A stretch of 64,000 nucleotides of DNA from an uncultured delta proteobacterium (GCA_963712515.1 CAVQIG010000018.1:17401-81400), one strand, 5' to 3'; counted from the first letter of the stretch, positions 49,945 to 60,500 are shown. Notes: generated by a model from the sequence alone, not told the origin. Numbers and translations are program-made.

Positions 49945-51804
49945 ATGTCTGTCCCGCCGCGAGAAGCACAACAAGCCAAATCGATCCAGGAAAAGGACTC
50001 CGTTGTCATTCGCTTCGCCGGCGACTCGGGCGACGGCATGCAGCTGACCGGCATGCAGTTCACGACCGAATCGGCGCTCGCGGGGAACGACATCGGCACG
50101 CTGCCCGACTTTCCGGCTGAGATCCGCGCCCCGGCCGGAACCCTCGCCGGCGTCAGCGCATTCCAAGTCAACTTCGCCAGTCGGGAAGTGTTCACCCCCG
50201 GCGACGACGTAGACGTGCTCGTCGCCATGAACCCCGCCGCGCTTCGAACCAACGTCGCCGACCTTACGAGCGGTGGGATCCTGATCGCCAACACCGAGGC
50301 CTACAGCGAGCAGAACCTTCAGCGCGCCGGCTACGCCAAGAACCCGCTCGAGGACGGCTCGCTCGATCGCTATCAGCTCTTCAAGGTCGACATCACCAAG
50401 CTGACCGTCAACGCGTTGCAGGATCTCGGGCTCAGCAACCGAGAGGCGCTTCGCTGCAAGAACTTCTTCGCGCTCGGCCTCATCTCGTGGCTCTACCATC
50501 GGCCGATCGAGTCGACCGAGCACTGGATCCACTCCAAGTTCAAGAAGACCCCGGAGCTCGTCGAGGCGAATCTTCGTGCGTTGCACGCGGGCTACAACTA
50601 CGGCGATACGGCCGAGCTCTTCGCCGTCTCGTACGAGGTGAAGCCGGCGCCCATCGCTCCGGGCTTCTATCGCAACATCACGGGCAACAGCGCGACCGCG
50701 ATGGGGTTCGTCGCCGCCAGCCGCAAGGCCGGGCTGCCGCTGTTTCTCGGCAGCTATCCGATCACCCCCGCCAGCGACATTCTGCACGAGCTCTCGGGCT
50801 ACAAGCACTTCGGCGTGACGACGTTCCAGGCCGAGGACGAGATCGCCGCTGCCGGCGCCGCGCTCGGGGCAGCGTTCGGTGGATCGATCGGCATAACCAC
50901 GTCGAGCGGTCCTGGCATAAACCTCAAGATGGAGACGATCGGCCTCGGCGTCATGGTCGAGCTGCCGATGGTGATCGTCAACATCCAACGCGCAGGCCCG
51001 TCCACCGGAATGCCCACCAAGACCGAGCAAGCGGATCTTCTTCAGGCGCTGTACGGCCGGCACGGCGAATCGCCGATCCCGATCATCGCGGCGATGACGC
51101 CTTCGGATTGTTTCTTCGCGGCGTTCGAGGCAGTACGCATTGCGATCCGCTACATGACCCCCGTCATCCTCCTCACCGACGGCTACCTCGCGAACGGCGC
51201 CGAGCCCTGGCTGGTGCCGAGCTTTGGCGAGCTGCCGAGCATCCCCGTAGAGTTTCGTACGGACCCGCAAGGATTCTTCCCGTACATTCGCGACGAGCAG
51301 ACGCTGGCGCGACCATGGGTGCGACCGGGCACGCCGGGCCTCGAGCACCGCATCGGCGGCCTCTCGAAGGAGCACCTCACCGGTAACGTCAGCTACTCGC
51401 CCGCGAATCACGAGCAAATGGTCCGTATCCGCGCGCGCAAGATTGCCGGCATCGCTCGCGAGATCCCGCCGACGAAGATCGGGGGCGCACAAGAGGGCGA
51501 CGTGCTGGCGGTCGGCTGGGGCGGCACGTACGGAGCAATCGCCGGGGCCGTGAAGGATCTCGTCGCACGGGGTAAGGCGGTCGGTCACGTGCACATCCGC
51601 CACATGAATCCGCTGCCTCCGGATCTGGCCGACATCTTCGCGCGATTCAAGAAGATCCTCGTGCCGGAGCTGAACATGGGTCAGCTCGTCAAGATCCTGC
51701 GCGCCGAGTTCCTCGTCGACGCCATCGGCTTTAACAAGATCCAGGGCAGGCCGTTCAAGATCTCCGAACTGGTGACGCGAATTCAGCGTCTCTTGGACGC
51801 GTGA
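49945..51804 (+). CDS. korA: 2-oxoacid:ferredoxin oxidoreductase alpha subunit
   Basis: FAGDSGDGMQL, YPITPAS, QAEDE, GPSTGMPT; AAGGAG RBS. Confidence 0.95.
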   Translation: MSVPPREAQQAKSIQEKDSVVIRFAGDSGDGMQLTGMQFTTESALAGNDIGTLPDFPAEIRAPAGTLAGVSAFQVNFASREVFTPGDDVDVLVAMNPAALRTNVADLTSGGILIANTEAYSEQNLQRAGYAKNPLEDGSLDRYQLFKVDITKLTVNALQDLGLSNREALRCKNFFALGLISWLYHRPIESTEHWIHSKFKKTPELVEANLRALHAGYNYGDTAELFAVSYEVKPAPIAPGFYRNITGNSATAMGFVAASRKAGLPLFLGSYPITPASDILHELSGYKHFGVTTFQAEDEIAAAGAALGAAFGGSIGITTSSGPGINLKMETIGLGVMVELPMVIVNIQRAGPSTGMPTKTEQADLLQALYGRHGESPIPIIAAMTPSDCFFAAFEAVRIAIRYMTPVILLTDGYLANGAEPWLVPSFGELPSIPVEFRTDPQGFFPYIRDEQTLARPWVRPGTPGLEHRIGGLSKEHLTGNVSYSPANHEQMVRIRARKIAGIAREIPPTKIGGAQEGDVLAVGWGGTYGAIAGAVKDLVARGKAVGHVHIRHMNPLPPDLADIFARFKKILVPELNMGQLVKILRAEFLVDAIGFNKIQGRPFKISELVTRIQRLLDA

Positions 51805-51815
51805 GGGAACCGACG

Positions 51816-52835
51816 ATGAGTGAAGCATCTGCCGTCAAGCTCTCGAAGAAAGATTTCGCGTCCGATCAGGAAGTGCGCTGGTGCCCGGGTTGCGGCGACT
51901 ACGCGATCCTCAACCAGGTGCAGCGCGTGATGCCCGAGCTCGGCGTGGCGCGCGAGAACCTCGTGTTCATCTCCGGGATCGGTTGCTCGAGCCGTTTCCC
52001 CTACTACATGAACACCTACGGCTTCCACACGATCCACGGGCGGGCGCCGGCGATCGCCACCGGCCTCAAGGTGACCCGTCCGGAGCTGCAGGTGTGGGTC
52101 GTGACCGGCGATGGCGACGCGCTGTCGATCGGTGGTAACCATCTGATCCACGCCCTGCGCCGCAACGTGGACCTGAAGATCCTCCTCTTCAACAACCGTA
52201 TCTACGGTCTCACCAAGGGCCAATACTCGCCGACCTCCGAGTCGGGAAAGGTCACCAAGTCGACTCCCATCGGATCGCCGGACTATCCCTTCGATCCGAT
52301 CGCCATCGCCCTCGGCGCGGAGGCTTCGTTCGCAGCGCGCTCGATCGACGTCGACGCCAAGCATCTGCACGACATCCTGCGCCGTGCGCACGAGCACAAG
52401 GGAGCGGCGTTCATCGAGATCCTGCAAAACTGCAACGTCTTCAACGACGGCGCCTGGGCCGATCTCACCGAAAAGGCCACCAAAGCCGATGCGCAGCTCG
52501 TGCTCGAGCACGGCAAGCCGCTCGTCTTCGGCAAGAATCGCGATCGCGGAATCCGCTTGAATGGTCGGCTCGAGCCCGAGGTCGTGACGCTCGGGAACGG
52601 CGTCGGCGAATCCGATCTCGTCATCTACGATGAGCGCAATCCGGCGCTTGCGTACTTGCTCTCGCGGCTCGAGCCGCCGCAGTTCCCGACGCCGATCGGT
52701 GTGTTTCTCGCGGTGCCGAAGCCGACCTACGAGCAACGCGTCGCCGCGCAGCTCGCCTCGGCGCGGGAGAAGCTCGGGGAGGGTGACGTGGACGCGTTGC
52801 TCCGCCAGGGCGATACCTGGACGGTGAGATGGTAG
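51816..52835 (+). CDS. korB: 2-oxoacid:ferredoxin oxidoreductase beta subunit
   Basis: WCPGCGD, SGIGCSS, GDGD..IGGNH, YGLTKGQ. Confidence 0.95.
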   Translation: MSEASAVKLSKKDFASDQEVRWCPGCGDYAILNQVQRVMPELGVARENLVFISGIGCSSRFPYYMNTYGFHTIHGRAPAIATGLKVTRPELQVWVVTGDGDALSIGGNHLIHALRRNVDLKILLFNNRIYGLTKGQYSPTSESGKVTKSTPIGSPDYPFDPIAIALGAEASFAARSIDVDAKHLHDILRRAHEHKGAAFIEILQNCNVFNDGAWADLTEKATKADAQLVLEHGKPLVFGKNRDRGIRLNGRLEPEVVTLGNGVGESDLVIYDERNPALAYLLSRLEPPQFPTPIGVFLAVPKPTYEQRVAAQLASAREKLGEGDVDALLRQGDTWTVRW

Positions 52836-52938
52836 TGGGGACGTTCTTAACCTTCGTAACCTTCGTCGCGTCAGCTTAACTTCGCCGGTTAAGCGTCGAT
52901 TGTCGACGAAGGTTACGAAGGTTAAGAACGTCCCCACT
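52834..52938. repeat. Perfect 35-bp inverted repeat filling the gap between convergent genes
   Basis: AGTGGGGACGTTCTTAACCTTCGTAACCTTCGTCG (52834-52868) and exact complement (52904-52938); nested GCTTAAC/GTTAAGC hairpin. Confidence 0.9.
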
Positions 52939-53478
52939 TTACGCTCCGTCCCGATCCTTCCCCACGTCCAGCCCAGGCTCCGGCGGGACGTTGTGGACTG
53001 CCGTCGCGAAGAAGTCCGCGATGTAGTCGACGATGTCCTTGACGGAGATCACGCCGACCGGACGTACGTCGTCGTCGATCAGGGGGATGTGGCGAAAGCC
53101 GCCGAGGCTCATCTTGTTCAGCGCGAATACGATCGAGTCGCTCGGTTTCAACGATTCAGGGTTCACCGTCATGAAACGATCCACCGGCGTGGCCTCGGGA
53201 TCGAGCTTCGAACCGAACACCTCGGCGAGGAGATCGCGCTCGGTGAAGATCCCCGAGAGCTTGCCCCCCTCCACGATCAACACGCAGCCGATGTGATGAT
53301 CCTGCATCTGCCGAACGACGTCGGCGACCGAGGTGCCGCGCTCGGCACAGACCGGGCTCGGCGGACGGAGCACACTGATCGGCTCGCGTAGGAAACGGTC
53401 GTCGAGCGTCCTTGGTGTCTGCTCTTCGTTCTCTAGGTACTCCAGGTATTCTTCGGATTCGGAGAGCACGCGACTCAT
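52939..53478 (-). CDS. CBS-domain protein
   Basis: GIFTERD, GFRHIPL..VGVISVKD; GGAGG RBS. Confidence 0.9.
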   Translation of the reverse strand: MSRVLSESEEYLEYLENEEQTPRTLDDRFLREPISVLRPPSPVCAERGTSVADVVRQMQDHHIGCVLIVEGGKLSGIFTERDLLAEVFGSKLDPEATPVDRFMTVNPESLKPSDSIVFALNKMSLGGFRHIPLIDDDVRPVGVISVKDIVDYIADFFATAVHNVPPEPGLDVGKDRDGA

Positions 53479-53620
53479 GACATCCTCCAGCTCCCGTCGA
53501 GAGAGCGCGGAGAAGATCACAGGTCGAACCACGGATCAACCGCGGGGCACTCCCGCCGGGGATGGAAATTGGTTATGTGAGCGAGGAGCCTCACGCCCGA
53601 TCGGATCTTTGGAGGTTTGC

Positions 53621-55105
53621 GTGCTCGAGATCCGTTTCTCAACCAAACGCGTTGCTGACCCGGCCGCGGTCGCGGCCGACTTCTTGATCGTTCCGGTCGC
53701 CGAGGGAGACGCGGACGCGCCGACGCTGCGCCGACTCGACCGTACGCTCGGCGGTTCGTTGCTGCGCCACGCCCGAGAGCTCGATTTCCGCGGCCAGGAG
53801 GGTAGGGGAGTCCTTCATCGCGTGGAGGATCGCGCCGCGCCGAAGAAAATCTACCTGGCGGGGCTCGGCAAGCCCGCCGATCGCACGCTCGAGCATTGGC
53901 GGCGGATGGCTGCAGGGGCGGCACGCGCGGCGCGCGGCGAGGGTGCGCGTCGGGCCGTGGTATTCTTTCCGAAAGCCAAGAATGAGGAGGTCATCGCGGT
54001 TGCCGAGGCGATCGCGCTTTCGGGATACCGCTTCGAGCGCTACCGTCAGCGGCCGAAGGAGCGCAAGCCGGAGCTCTCCCAGGTCACGCTCGCCGGGCCT
54101 CTCGTCGACCCCCGGCGCGCCGGTCAGGCCCTGACCGACTTGAACGCCGTGCTTCCGTCCGTGTTCGCCGCCCGCGACCTCGTCAACGAGCCCCCTTCCG
54201 TGATGACCGCGTCCGCGCTCGCCCATCGGGCGGTCGAGATGTGCCGCGGCGGAGCCGTCCGCGTCGAGGTGATGGGCCTCGCCGCGATCCGCCGCCTGCG
54301 GCTCGCCGGGCTTCTCGCCGTCAATCGGGGCAGCGTCGAGGAGCCACGCTTCATTCGCATGCGCTACCGACCGCGCGGGCGCTCGAGGCTCAAGGTAGCG
54401 CTGGTCGGGAAGGGGATCACCTTCGATTCGGGGGGCTTGTCGCTCAAGCCGGCTGGGTCGATGGAGACCATGAAGCAGGACATGGCGGGCGCCGCGGCGG
54501 TATGCGGCGTCATGGCGGCCATCGGCCGGTTGAAGCCGGCCGTCGAGGTGACGGGATACGTCTCGTCCACGGACAACCTGCCGAGCGGCAGCGCTCAGAA
54601 GCCCGGCGACGTCATCCGGTACCGAAACGGCAAGACCGTGGAAGTGCTGAACACCGACGCCGAGGGACGACTCGTCCTGGCCGATGCGCTGGCGCTCGCC
54701 TGCGAAGAGGGTCACGACGTGATCGTCGATCTCGCGACGCTGACCGGGGCATGTCGCATCGCGCTCGGCACTCAAGTGGCGGGCATAATGGGCAATCAGC
54801 GGGAGCTCGTCGATCGCCTCGTCGACCACGGCCGCGACGCCGGCGAGATGCTCTGGCCGCTGCCGCTGGTCAAGGAGTACCGCGACGATCTCAAGAGCGC
54901 AGTGGCGGACCTGAAGAATGTCGGCGGGGGGTTTGCCGGCGCCATCACCGCCGGGTTATTTCTCCAGGAGTTCGTCGACAGCGGGGCCTGGGCGCATCTC
55001 GACATCGCGGGACCTGCGTTTGCCGACAAGGATTGGGCCTATTGCCCGAAAGGGGGAACCGGTTTCGGAGTGCGAACGCTCGTCCGATACCTCATGAGCC
55101 TATGA
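53621..55105 (+). CDS. pepA: Leucyl aminopeptidase (M17)
   Basis: VGKGITFDSGG, NTDAEGRL, DLATLTG, HLDIAG. Confidence 0.95.
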   Translation: MLEIRFSTKRVADPAAVAADFLIVPVAEGDADAPTLRRLDRTLGGSLLRHARELDFRGQEGRGVLHRVEDRAAPKKIYLAGLGKPADRTLEHWRRMAAGAARAARGEGARRAVVFFPKAKNEEVIAVAEAIALSGYRFERYRQRPKERKPELSQVTLAGPLVDPRRAGQALTDLNAVLPSVFAARDLVNEPPSVMTASALAHRAVEMCRGGAVRVEVMGLAAIRRLRLAGLLAVNRGSVEEPRFIRMRYRPRGRSRLKVALVGKGITFDSGGLSLKPAGSMETMKQDMAGAAAVCGVMAAIGRLKPAVEVTGYVSSTDNLPSGSAQKPGDVIRYRNGKTVEVLNTDAEGRLVLADALALACEEGHDVIVDLATLTGACRIALGTQVAGIMGNQRELVDRLVDHGRDAGEMLWPLPLVKEYRDDLKSAVADLKNVGGGFAGAITAGLFLQEFVDSGAWAHLDIAGPAFADKDWAYCPKGGTGFGVRTLVRYLMSL

Positions 55106-55614
55106 AAACCTGCCGTGTGCTCTGTGCGTTGCTGATCGCCACGCTGCTCCCTGCCTTCGCTTCGTGCGTCTCGCATCGCGGCTCTTCCCAGGAGGTCGCG
55201 ACCGATCTCCACAACTACACGGTGGAGCTGCAAAAGTGGGAGGAAAAGGAGAAGGCCATCTTTCAGTCGATCGACGACGTCGAGGAGTCGCAGTACGTCG
55301 ACGACGACTTCGTGACGCGGACGCTGAAGGGATCCTTGCCGATGCTCGACGAGCACATCCGCGAAGTGTCGGCATACCGCCCGACGACGGCGGAGCTCGG
55401 CGACCTTCACAACCACTACCGGAAGGGATGGGAAGACCTACGCGCTGCCGTCGACTCGATGATCGGCGCCGTGACGAAAAAGGACTACGTGGCGCTTGCC
55501 AAAGCGAAGGGTCAGATGAAGGCCGCTCGCGGCCTCCTACTCAAGGCCTTTGCGAGCATGGACGCGCTCATGGAGGAGAACGACGAGGCGGTGAAAAACT
55601 CGCACAAATCCTGA
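55102..55614 (+). CDS. Hypothetical helical lipoprotein
   Basis: ATGA overlap with pepA; lipobox FASC. Confidence 0.75.
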   Translation: MKTCRVLCALLIATLLPAFASCVSHRGSSQEVATDLHNYTVELQKWEEKEKAIFQSIDDVEESQYVDDDFVTRTLKGSLPMLDEHIREVSAYRPTTAELGDLHNHYRKGWEDLRAAVDSMIGAVTKKDYVALAKAKGQMKAARGLLLKAFASMDALMEENDEAVKNSHKS

Positions 55615-55616
55615 GC

Positions 55617-55669
55617 GGCTACCGGACAGCGCCCTCGGCAAGAGACCCGTCGTCGGTAGCCGGGTAGCC
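55617..55669. repeat. GGCTACC-type heptamer palindrome (degenerate)
   Basis: GGCTACC ... GGTAGCC gGGTAGCC. Confidence 0.5.
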
Positions 55670-55680
55670 GATGCCGATTC

Positions 55681-56451
55681 ATGAGCGATTCCTTCGAGCG
55701 CATCGAAGCCCACGTCGTCGCGATTGGCGAGCTCCTCGAGCAAAGCCGCCGCTACCGGCCGCTCGCGGGAAAAGCCGAGCGGCTCTACCTCTGCGCGAGC
55801 CGCATCACCGCGCGGGTGCGTCGGTCGAGCCGCGAGGCGGACGCTGCGGACGGAGACGTGGCGCGGCTCGAGCGCGAGATCGAATCGGTCGCTGAGAGTG
55901 CACGACGGATGGTCGGCGATTTCCTCGTTGGCCCAACTTACCGTGCGATGCTCGCGAGCCTCGAGCGTGAAGACTCCCGCGATTCGTCGCGTCTCGTTGC
56001 CGAAGTCTTCGCCGACGTCGAGCCGGCGACCGCTCGAGACACTCTTTTCCTCGCGCTGCCTGCCAAGCGTGGACAGCGTGTTCTCGATCCCGAAACGGTC
56101 GCCGACATGGTCGGCCGGATGGTGCGAGAGGGCATAGAGCCGCAGTCGACACCCGGGGTGGGAGGCGACGCGAACGTTCATCCGATCCGCTTCTTCGAGG
56201 GTGTGACGGGTATAGAAGCGGCTGTGCTCGTCGTCGTGTCGGGGAAGGACGTGCGGGCGCCGACCGTTCACGCTTCGGAGGTCGGCGAGTTTCTCGTCTA
56301 CACGCGACGGCTGAAGGTGCCGCTCTGCGCGGGCCTTCGTAGACAGAGCCCCGATGACTGGCTGGAGGTCCGTGCCGGCGGCTACGGCGAGTATCGCGAG
56401 CGATGCCGCGAGCTCATCGCGGCGCAAGGTATCTCGATCGCCGACCTCTAG
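55681..56451 (+). CDS. Hypothetical protein
   Basis: 256-aa ORF with protein-like composition and codon usage. Confidence 0.7.
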   Translation: MSDSFERIEAHVVAIGELLEQSRRYRPLAGKAERLYLCASRITARVRRSSREADAADGDVARLEREIESVAESARRMVGDFLVGPTYRAMLASLEREDSRDSSRLVAEVFADVEPATARDTLFLALPAKRGQRVLDPETVADMVGRMVREGIEPQSTPGVGGDANVHPIRFFEGVTGIEAAVLVVVSGKDVRAPTVHASEVGEFLVYTRRLKVPLCAGLRRQSPDDWLEVRAGGYGEYRERCRELIAAQGISIADL

Positions 56452-56463
56452 CTTCCTAGAGGT

Positions 56464-56817
56464 TTAGGAGCTGAGGCCCCACTTCTTCTTGTTCTCGGTG
56501 ACCTGATCGGCGCTCGGGTGCGGGATCTTCTCGAGCTGCGCAACCTTGAAGTCGGCCATGTTTTCCATGATCACGTAGTTGAGCTTGGTATCGTCGGCAA
56601 AGGGTGCGGGCACGGCTTCTTCTTCGTAGATCGCTTGCCAGGGGCATTCCGGTTCGCAGGCGCCGCAATCGATGCACTCGTCGGGGTGGATGTAGAGCTG
56701 GTTGGGAAACTGGGCCGTGTCGCTTCCCTGATAGCGGTAGATGCAATCGACAGGGCACACGGCGACGCAGCCTGTGTCTACACAATCTCGGCACAGTCTG
56801 GTGATGATGTAAGCCAT
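56464..56817 (-). CDS. fdxA: 7Fe-type ferredoxin
   Basis: [18 protein letters not shown] and [12 protein letters not shown]; GGAGG RBS. Confidence 0.92.
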   Translation of the reverse strand: MAYIITRLCRDCVDTGCVAVCPVDCIYRYQGSDTAQFPNQLYIHPDECIDCGACEPECPWQAIYEEEAVPAPFADDTKLNYVIMENMADFKVAQLEKIPHPSADQVTENKKKWGLSS

Positions 56818-56961
56818 CCGGCCTTTCCTCCGTTCTCAGTGATTGCTCGCTAGTCTCCAATAGCGAGCTTGCCAGCCGCGCCTCCACCCTCGGCGACAAG
56901 AAGAGGTGCATCTAGCACGTTGATTTTTCTGGGGGAAGAGCGCCCAGACGATGCTAGGAGC

Positions 56962-57165
56962 CTAACGGGCGCGCAGGTCGAAGGCTTGAGGGCCCTTCTC
57001 GCCAGGCCGAACCTGGAACTGCACCTCGTCGCCCTCGCGGAGGTCTTCGAACTGCGTCTTCGCGCCGAGCCGCGAGCGGTGAAAGAACACGTCGTCGCCG
57101 CCGTCGTCGGGCTCGATGAAGCCGAACCCTTTGTCCTTGAGGATCTTCTTGATGCGGCCAGTCAT
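56962..57165 (-). CDS. Cold-shock domain protein
   Basis: KGFGFI, VFFH, KGPQA. Confidence 0.93.
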   Translation of the reverse strand: MTGRIKKILKDKGFGFIEPDDGGDDVFFHRSRLGAKTQFEDLREGDEVQFQVRPGEKGPQAFDLRAR

Positions 57166-57181
57166 CGGTCGGCGCGGGAAG

Positions 57182-57370
57182 CTACTTCGGCGCCGTGGGC
57201 ATTGCCGGGCTCCAGCGATCGACGGGCTCGCGGCCCCACCGATCGAGCGTGCCACCGACCCGCCGACGCAGCGCCGTCAGCGCGTAGGTGCCGAGGAGCA
57301 TGCAGGTGCCGGTGATGAATGCGAGAAGCTTCACGACCGTGTGCCTCAACAACCCATAGCCTGCATCCAT
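57182..57370 (-). CDS. Possible small membrane protein
   Basis: One hydrophobic segment (VVKLLAFITGTCMLLGTYALTAL). Confidence 0.4.
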   Translation of the reverse strand: MDAGYGLLRHTVVKLLAFITGTCMLLGTYALTALRRRVGGTLDRWGREPVDRWSPAMPTAPK

Positions 57371-57469
57371 CGTCGCCGCAACCGTTGATCGGCTTCCCGG
57401 CAATTTTTCGCCCGACGCGCGGCGGCAGGAAATACTGGTGAAATGCGGTATGGGCCTGCGGGCGAAGAC

Positions 57470-58408
57470 TCAGTTGGTTTTTTCGGCCAACTCCTCGAGT
57501 TCATGCATTCCCCGAAACAGGGCTAGCGCGTCGATCGGACGATCGAACGGCTCACCGCGAAGCTCGCGGTAGGCGCGCTCGACGTTGAAGACGACGCGCG
57601 CGGGCTCAGTCCAGCCCGCATAGGGGCCGAGATCGATCCGCTTGGCAGCCTCCAGCGCCGTCAAGCCCTGCGCAAAGAACCGCTTCGATTCACCGCGCAC
57701 ATATTCGAGGTATGCCTTCATCTCCCGCGGTCCCTCCACGCCGCAGAGTGGGCCGTGGCCCGGGACGACGACCTGCGGGCCGAGCGCGACGATCGCGTCG
57801 AGCGCGGCGATCCACTTGTCGTACGTGCCCTCCCAACCGATCGGGGTGCAGCGGCGGAAGAGAACGTCCCCCGTGAATACGATCCGCTCGTTCGGGAGAT
57901 GCACGATCACGTCGCCGGCCGTGTGCGCGGGCCCGACGTAGAGAAGCTCCGCCGCGAGCCCATCGAGGTCGAGGGTCAGCCGATCGTCGATCAGGCGCGT
58001 CGGTGGACGGAGCTCGATGCCCGAGAAATCCCAGTCTGCGAGCTTCCGCCCGAGCGACGCGAGAGCAGGGTCATCGCCGTCGGCCGCCGCGCGCAGCGCC
58101 TGCAACATCGCGGGGCTCTCCTTGGCGAAGCCCGCCGCGCACAGCCGGTGGCCGATGAGCTCCGCCTGGGGAAAGAGCTGGTTCCCCCAGCAGTGGTCGC
58201 CGTTCGAATGCGTATTCACCACGCGGCTGGCCGGCTCCTTCCACACGCGCGCGTACTCGGCGATGAGCTCGCGCGTGTGGGGCAAGTCCCAGAAGGTGTC
58301 GACGACGAGCCCGCCGCCGCGATTGATGAAGCCCGAGTTGCTGTAGCCGAGCCCGCGGTCCGGCTGGAGGCAAGCGTAGACGTCCTTGGCGATCTCGTGG
58401 AGCGTCAT
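57470..58408 (-). CDS. MBL-fold metallo-hydrolase (cyclase-like)
   Basis: NTHSNGDH, AHTAGD, FTGD, PGHG. Confidence 0.92.
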   Translation of the reverse strand: MTLHEIAKDVYACLQPDRGLGYSNSGFINRGGGLVVDTFWDLPHTRELIAEYARVWKEPASRVVNTHSNGDHCWGNQLFPQAELIGHRLCAAGFAKESPAMLQALRAAADGDDPALASLGRKLADWDFSGIELRPPTRLIDDRLTLDLDGLAAELLYVGPAHTAGDVIVHLPNERIVFTGDVLFRRCTPIGWEGTYDKWIAALDAIVALGPQVVVPGHGPLCGVEGPREMKAYLEYVRGESKRFFAQGLTALEAAKRIDLGPYAGWTEPARVVFNVERAYRELRGEPFDRPIDALALFRGMHELEELAEKTN

Positions 58409-58429
58409 GTGTGTCTCCCAGTCGAGCGT

Positions 58430-59410
58430 TCAGGGCTTGGCGATCACCTGCTCGCCGAATGCTTGCATCGCACCGAGGTCGGTGAAGCGCAAGAAGAAGT
58501 ACGAGACGCCGAGCTCGCTCTGCCGACGGCGAATCTCGTCGCGGCATTGGTGAGCATCACCGCAGAGCACGTTCGGCGAATGGCGTGCCCGTTCGCGGTC
58601 GCTGAGGCCCATCATCTGCGCCATGGCCTCGAGCATCGCATCCGCCGAGGCGGGGTCCGCGCCGAGCGTCACGAAGAGGAACTGCGAGAGCTCGAGATCC
58701 TCAGGATCCCGACCGGCGGCGCGTGCATGCGCGCGAGCGATGGTGGCGCGGCGCTGGAATTCAGCGACGTCGAACTTCATGGCCTCGTCGATCAGCAGCT
58801 TGCCGTACTTTCCGCCGGTCGGCGGAATCAGATTCAGGATGTCCGCCTCCTCGCCGGCGACCTTGAGCAGCGCCGGGCCGGAGCCGCCGAGGATGATCTT
58901 CGGACGAGGCTTCGAGAGAGGCTTCGGCTCCGCGTAGGCGTTGCGGATCTTGTAGTGCTCGCCTTCGTAGCTCACCACCGGCTCGCTCCAGAGCTTCTTG
59001 ATGATCTGCAGCGCCTCGCGCATCTCGGCGATCCGCGCCTTTGGAGGTGGGTAGGGAATGCCGAGCGCGTCGTATTCCTCGCGGAACCAGCCAGCGCCGA
59101 GACCGAGCTCGAATCTTCCGCCGCTCACGTGATCGAGGCTCGCCGCGATCTTCGCGGTCAGCGCGGGATGACGGAAGGAGTTGCAGGCGACGAGCTGCGC
59201 GAGCTTCACGCGGCGGGTGAGCATCGCCACGGCGGTGAGCGCGGTGAAGCATTCGAGGCGAGGATCCTCAGGTTGCGCCATCGGGCTCCGCATGAAGAAG
59301 TGGTCCTCGACGGCGACCGCGTCGTAGCCGACCGCTTCCGCACGGGTGGCGAAGTCACGGGTCTCGGCGAAGCTCTGGGTCGGCAGAATGACGTTGAAGC
59401 GCGGCGTCAC
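58430..59410 (-). CDS. LLM-class oxidoreductase
   Basis: VEDHF, LGLGAGW, PKP..PRPKIILGG. Confidence 0.9.
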   Translation of the reverse strand: MTPRFNVILPTQSFAETRDFATRAEAVGYDAVAVEDHFFMRSPMAQPEDPRLECFTALTAVAMLTRRVKLAQLVACNSFRHPALTAKIAASLDHVSGGRFELGLGAGWFREEYDALGIPYPPPKARIAEMREALQIIKKLWSEPVVSYEGEHYKIRNAYAEPKPLSKPRPKIILGGSGPALLKVAGEEADILNLIPPTGGKYGKLLIDEAMKFDVAEFQRRATIARAHARAAGRDPEDLELSQFLFVTLGADPASADAMLEAMAQMMGLSDRERARHSPNVLCGDAHQCRDEIRRRQSELGVSYFFLRFTDLGAMQAFGEQVIAKP

Positions 59411-59416
59411 GATCGT

Positions 59417-59788
59417 TCACCTCCGGCCGAAGATCTTGTCGTTCTCGCGAGCGTCGCGGGCGAGCTCGGCGACCCAGTCGCGCTTGCGCGGCCGGGCGGA
59501 GCGAAAGCGCGCGTAGATCTCGCGGGCCATCTCGAGCCGGCTCACCCCCTCCGGCGCCATCATGACATCGACTTGCGCATCGGCCATCTCGAAGTCGCTG
59601 TGAACGAAGACCTCGGGATCCATGCGGAAGTCGGCGAGCAGCTGACGAATCACGCTTGCATTCGTGCCGAAGCGCCGGGCCACCTGATGGATGTTCTGGA
59701 ATCGATAGCCGCCCTCTTCCGTGATGCCGAGATGGTAGGCGCAGAACAGGCTGAAGGCGTCGATGCCGTATCGCTCGCCGAGACTCAC
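59417..59788 (-). CDS. Hypothetical protein
   Basis: 123-aa ORF with typical codon usage; possible HTH-like segment. Confidence 0.7.
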   Translation of the reverse strand: MSLGERYGIDAFSLFCAYHLGITEEGGYRFQNIHQVARRFGTNASVIRQLLADFRMDPEVFVHSDFEMADAQVDVMMAPEGVSRLEMAREIYARFRSARPRKRDWVAELARDARENDKIFGRR

Positions 59789-59902
59789 GACGGGCGAGTG
59801 TTTCAGAGCCGCTTGGGCGACTCAACCGGTGCATTGCAGAGCGCGCGAACCGGGGTGCGCTTTCCGAGGGATGGAAGCTCTCGTCGCGACGGAGCGGAAC
59901 GC

Positions 59903-60403
59903 TCAGTTGCGCCGATCGGAGATCAGGCTCCAAAAGAAGGGCTCGAGACTGGCGAGGTCGCCGAGCGAGGCGGGGCCGAGAGCGGGCTCGGTGGTGATCC
60001 AGATGCCTCTCGCCGGGTCGGCGACCAGCGCCGATTCGAGAACGGCCAAACCGGTTTCCTCGCCGCGCAGCACGAAGATGCGGATGAGCGGAGTCGTCTC
60101 TCCGAAGAGCTCGCGGAGCTCCGGCTCCTCGGGGGTCGGCGGCGAATAGCGGAGCGGGCATTCGACGCGCAGGTGCGACCGGCCGATCACCAGCTCGCCG
60201 ATTTCTCGGTCTGCGTCACCTTCGAGCCGTCGCGCCGCGAGAACCGTGTCGCGGAAGTGGCTGGCGAGCGCGGAGCGGGTGGCGACGATCAACTGCACGA
60301 ACTCCGGCCAGACGACGTCCCACACACCGCGCGCGGCGAGCGCCGCGAGGCGCCGCTCAGCGTTTGCTCCTCCGACCACCGGCATGATCGAAAGCGCACG
60401 CAA
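59903..60403 (-). CDS. Hypothetical protein
   Basis: 166-aa ORF in the same orientation as its neighbours. Confidence 0.55.
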   Translation of the reverse strand: MRALSIMPVVGGANAERRLAALAARGVWDVVWPEFVQLIVATRSALASHFRDTVLAARRLEGDADREIGELVIGRSHLRVECPLRYSPPTPEEPELRELFGETTPLIRIFVLRGEETGLAVLESALVADPARGIWITTEPALGPASLGDLASLEPFFWSLISDRRN

Positions 60404-60500
60404 ACGGCGTGCCGTAGCCTTTCTACTGCAATCGTGTGCAATCGTGTGCTCTGCCCCGCGGTTGCGCCGCGTTGCCGCGAAACGTCTGAAACGAAGTGTT

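Noticed and set aside
60427-60449. Tandem TGCAATCGTG duplication
   Set aside because: Only two copies of 10 bp; no supporting context for an operator
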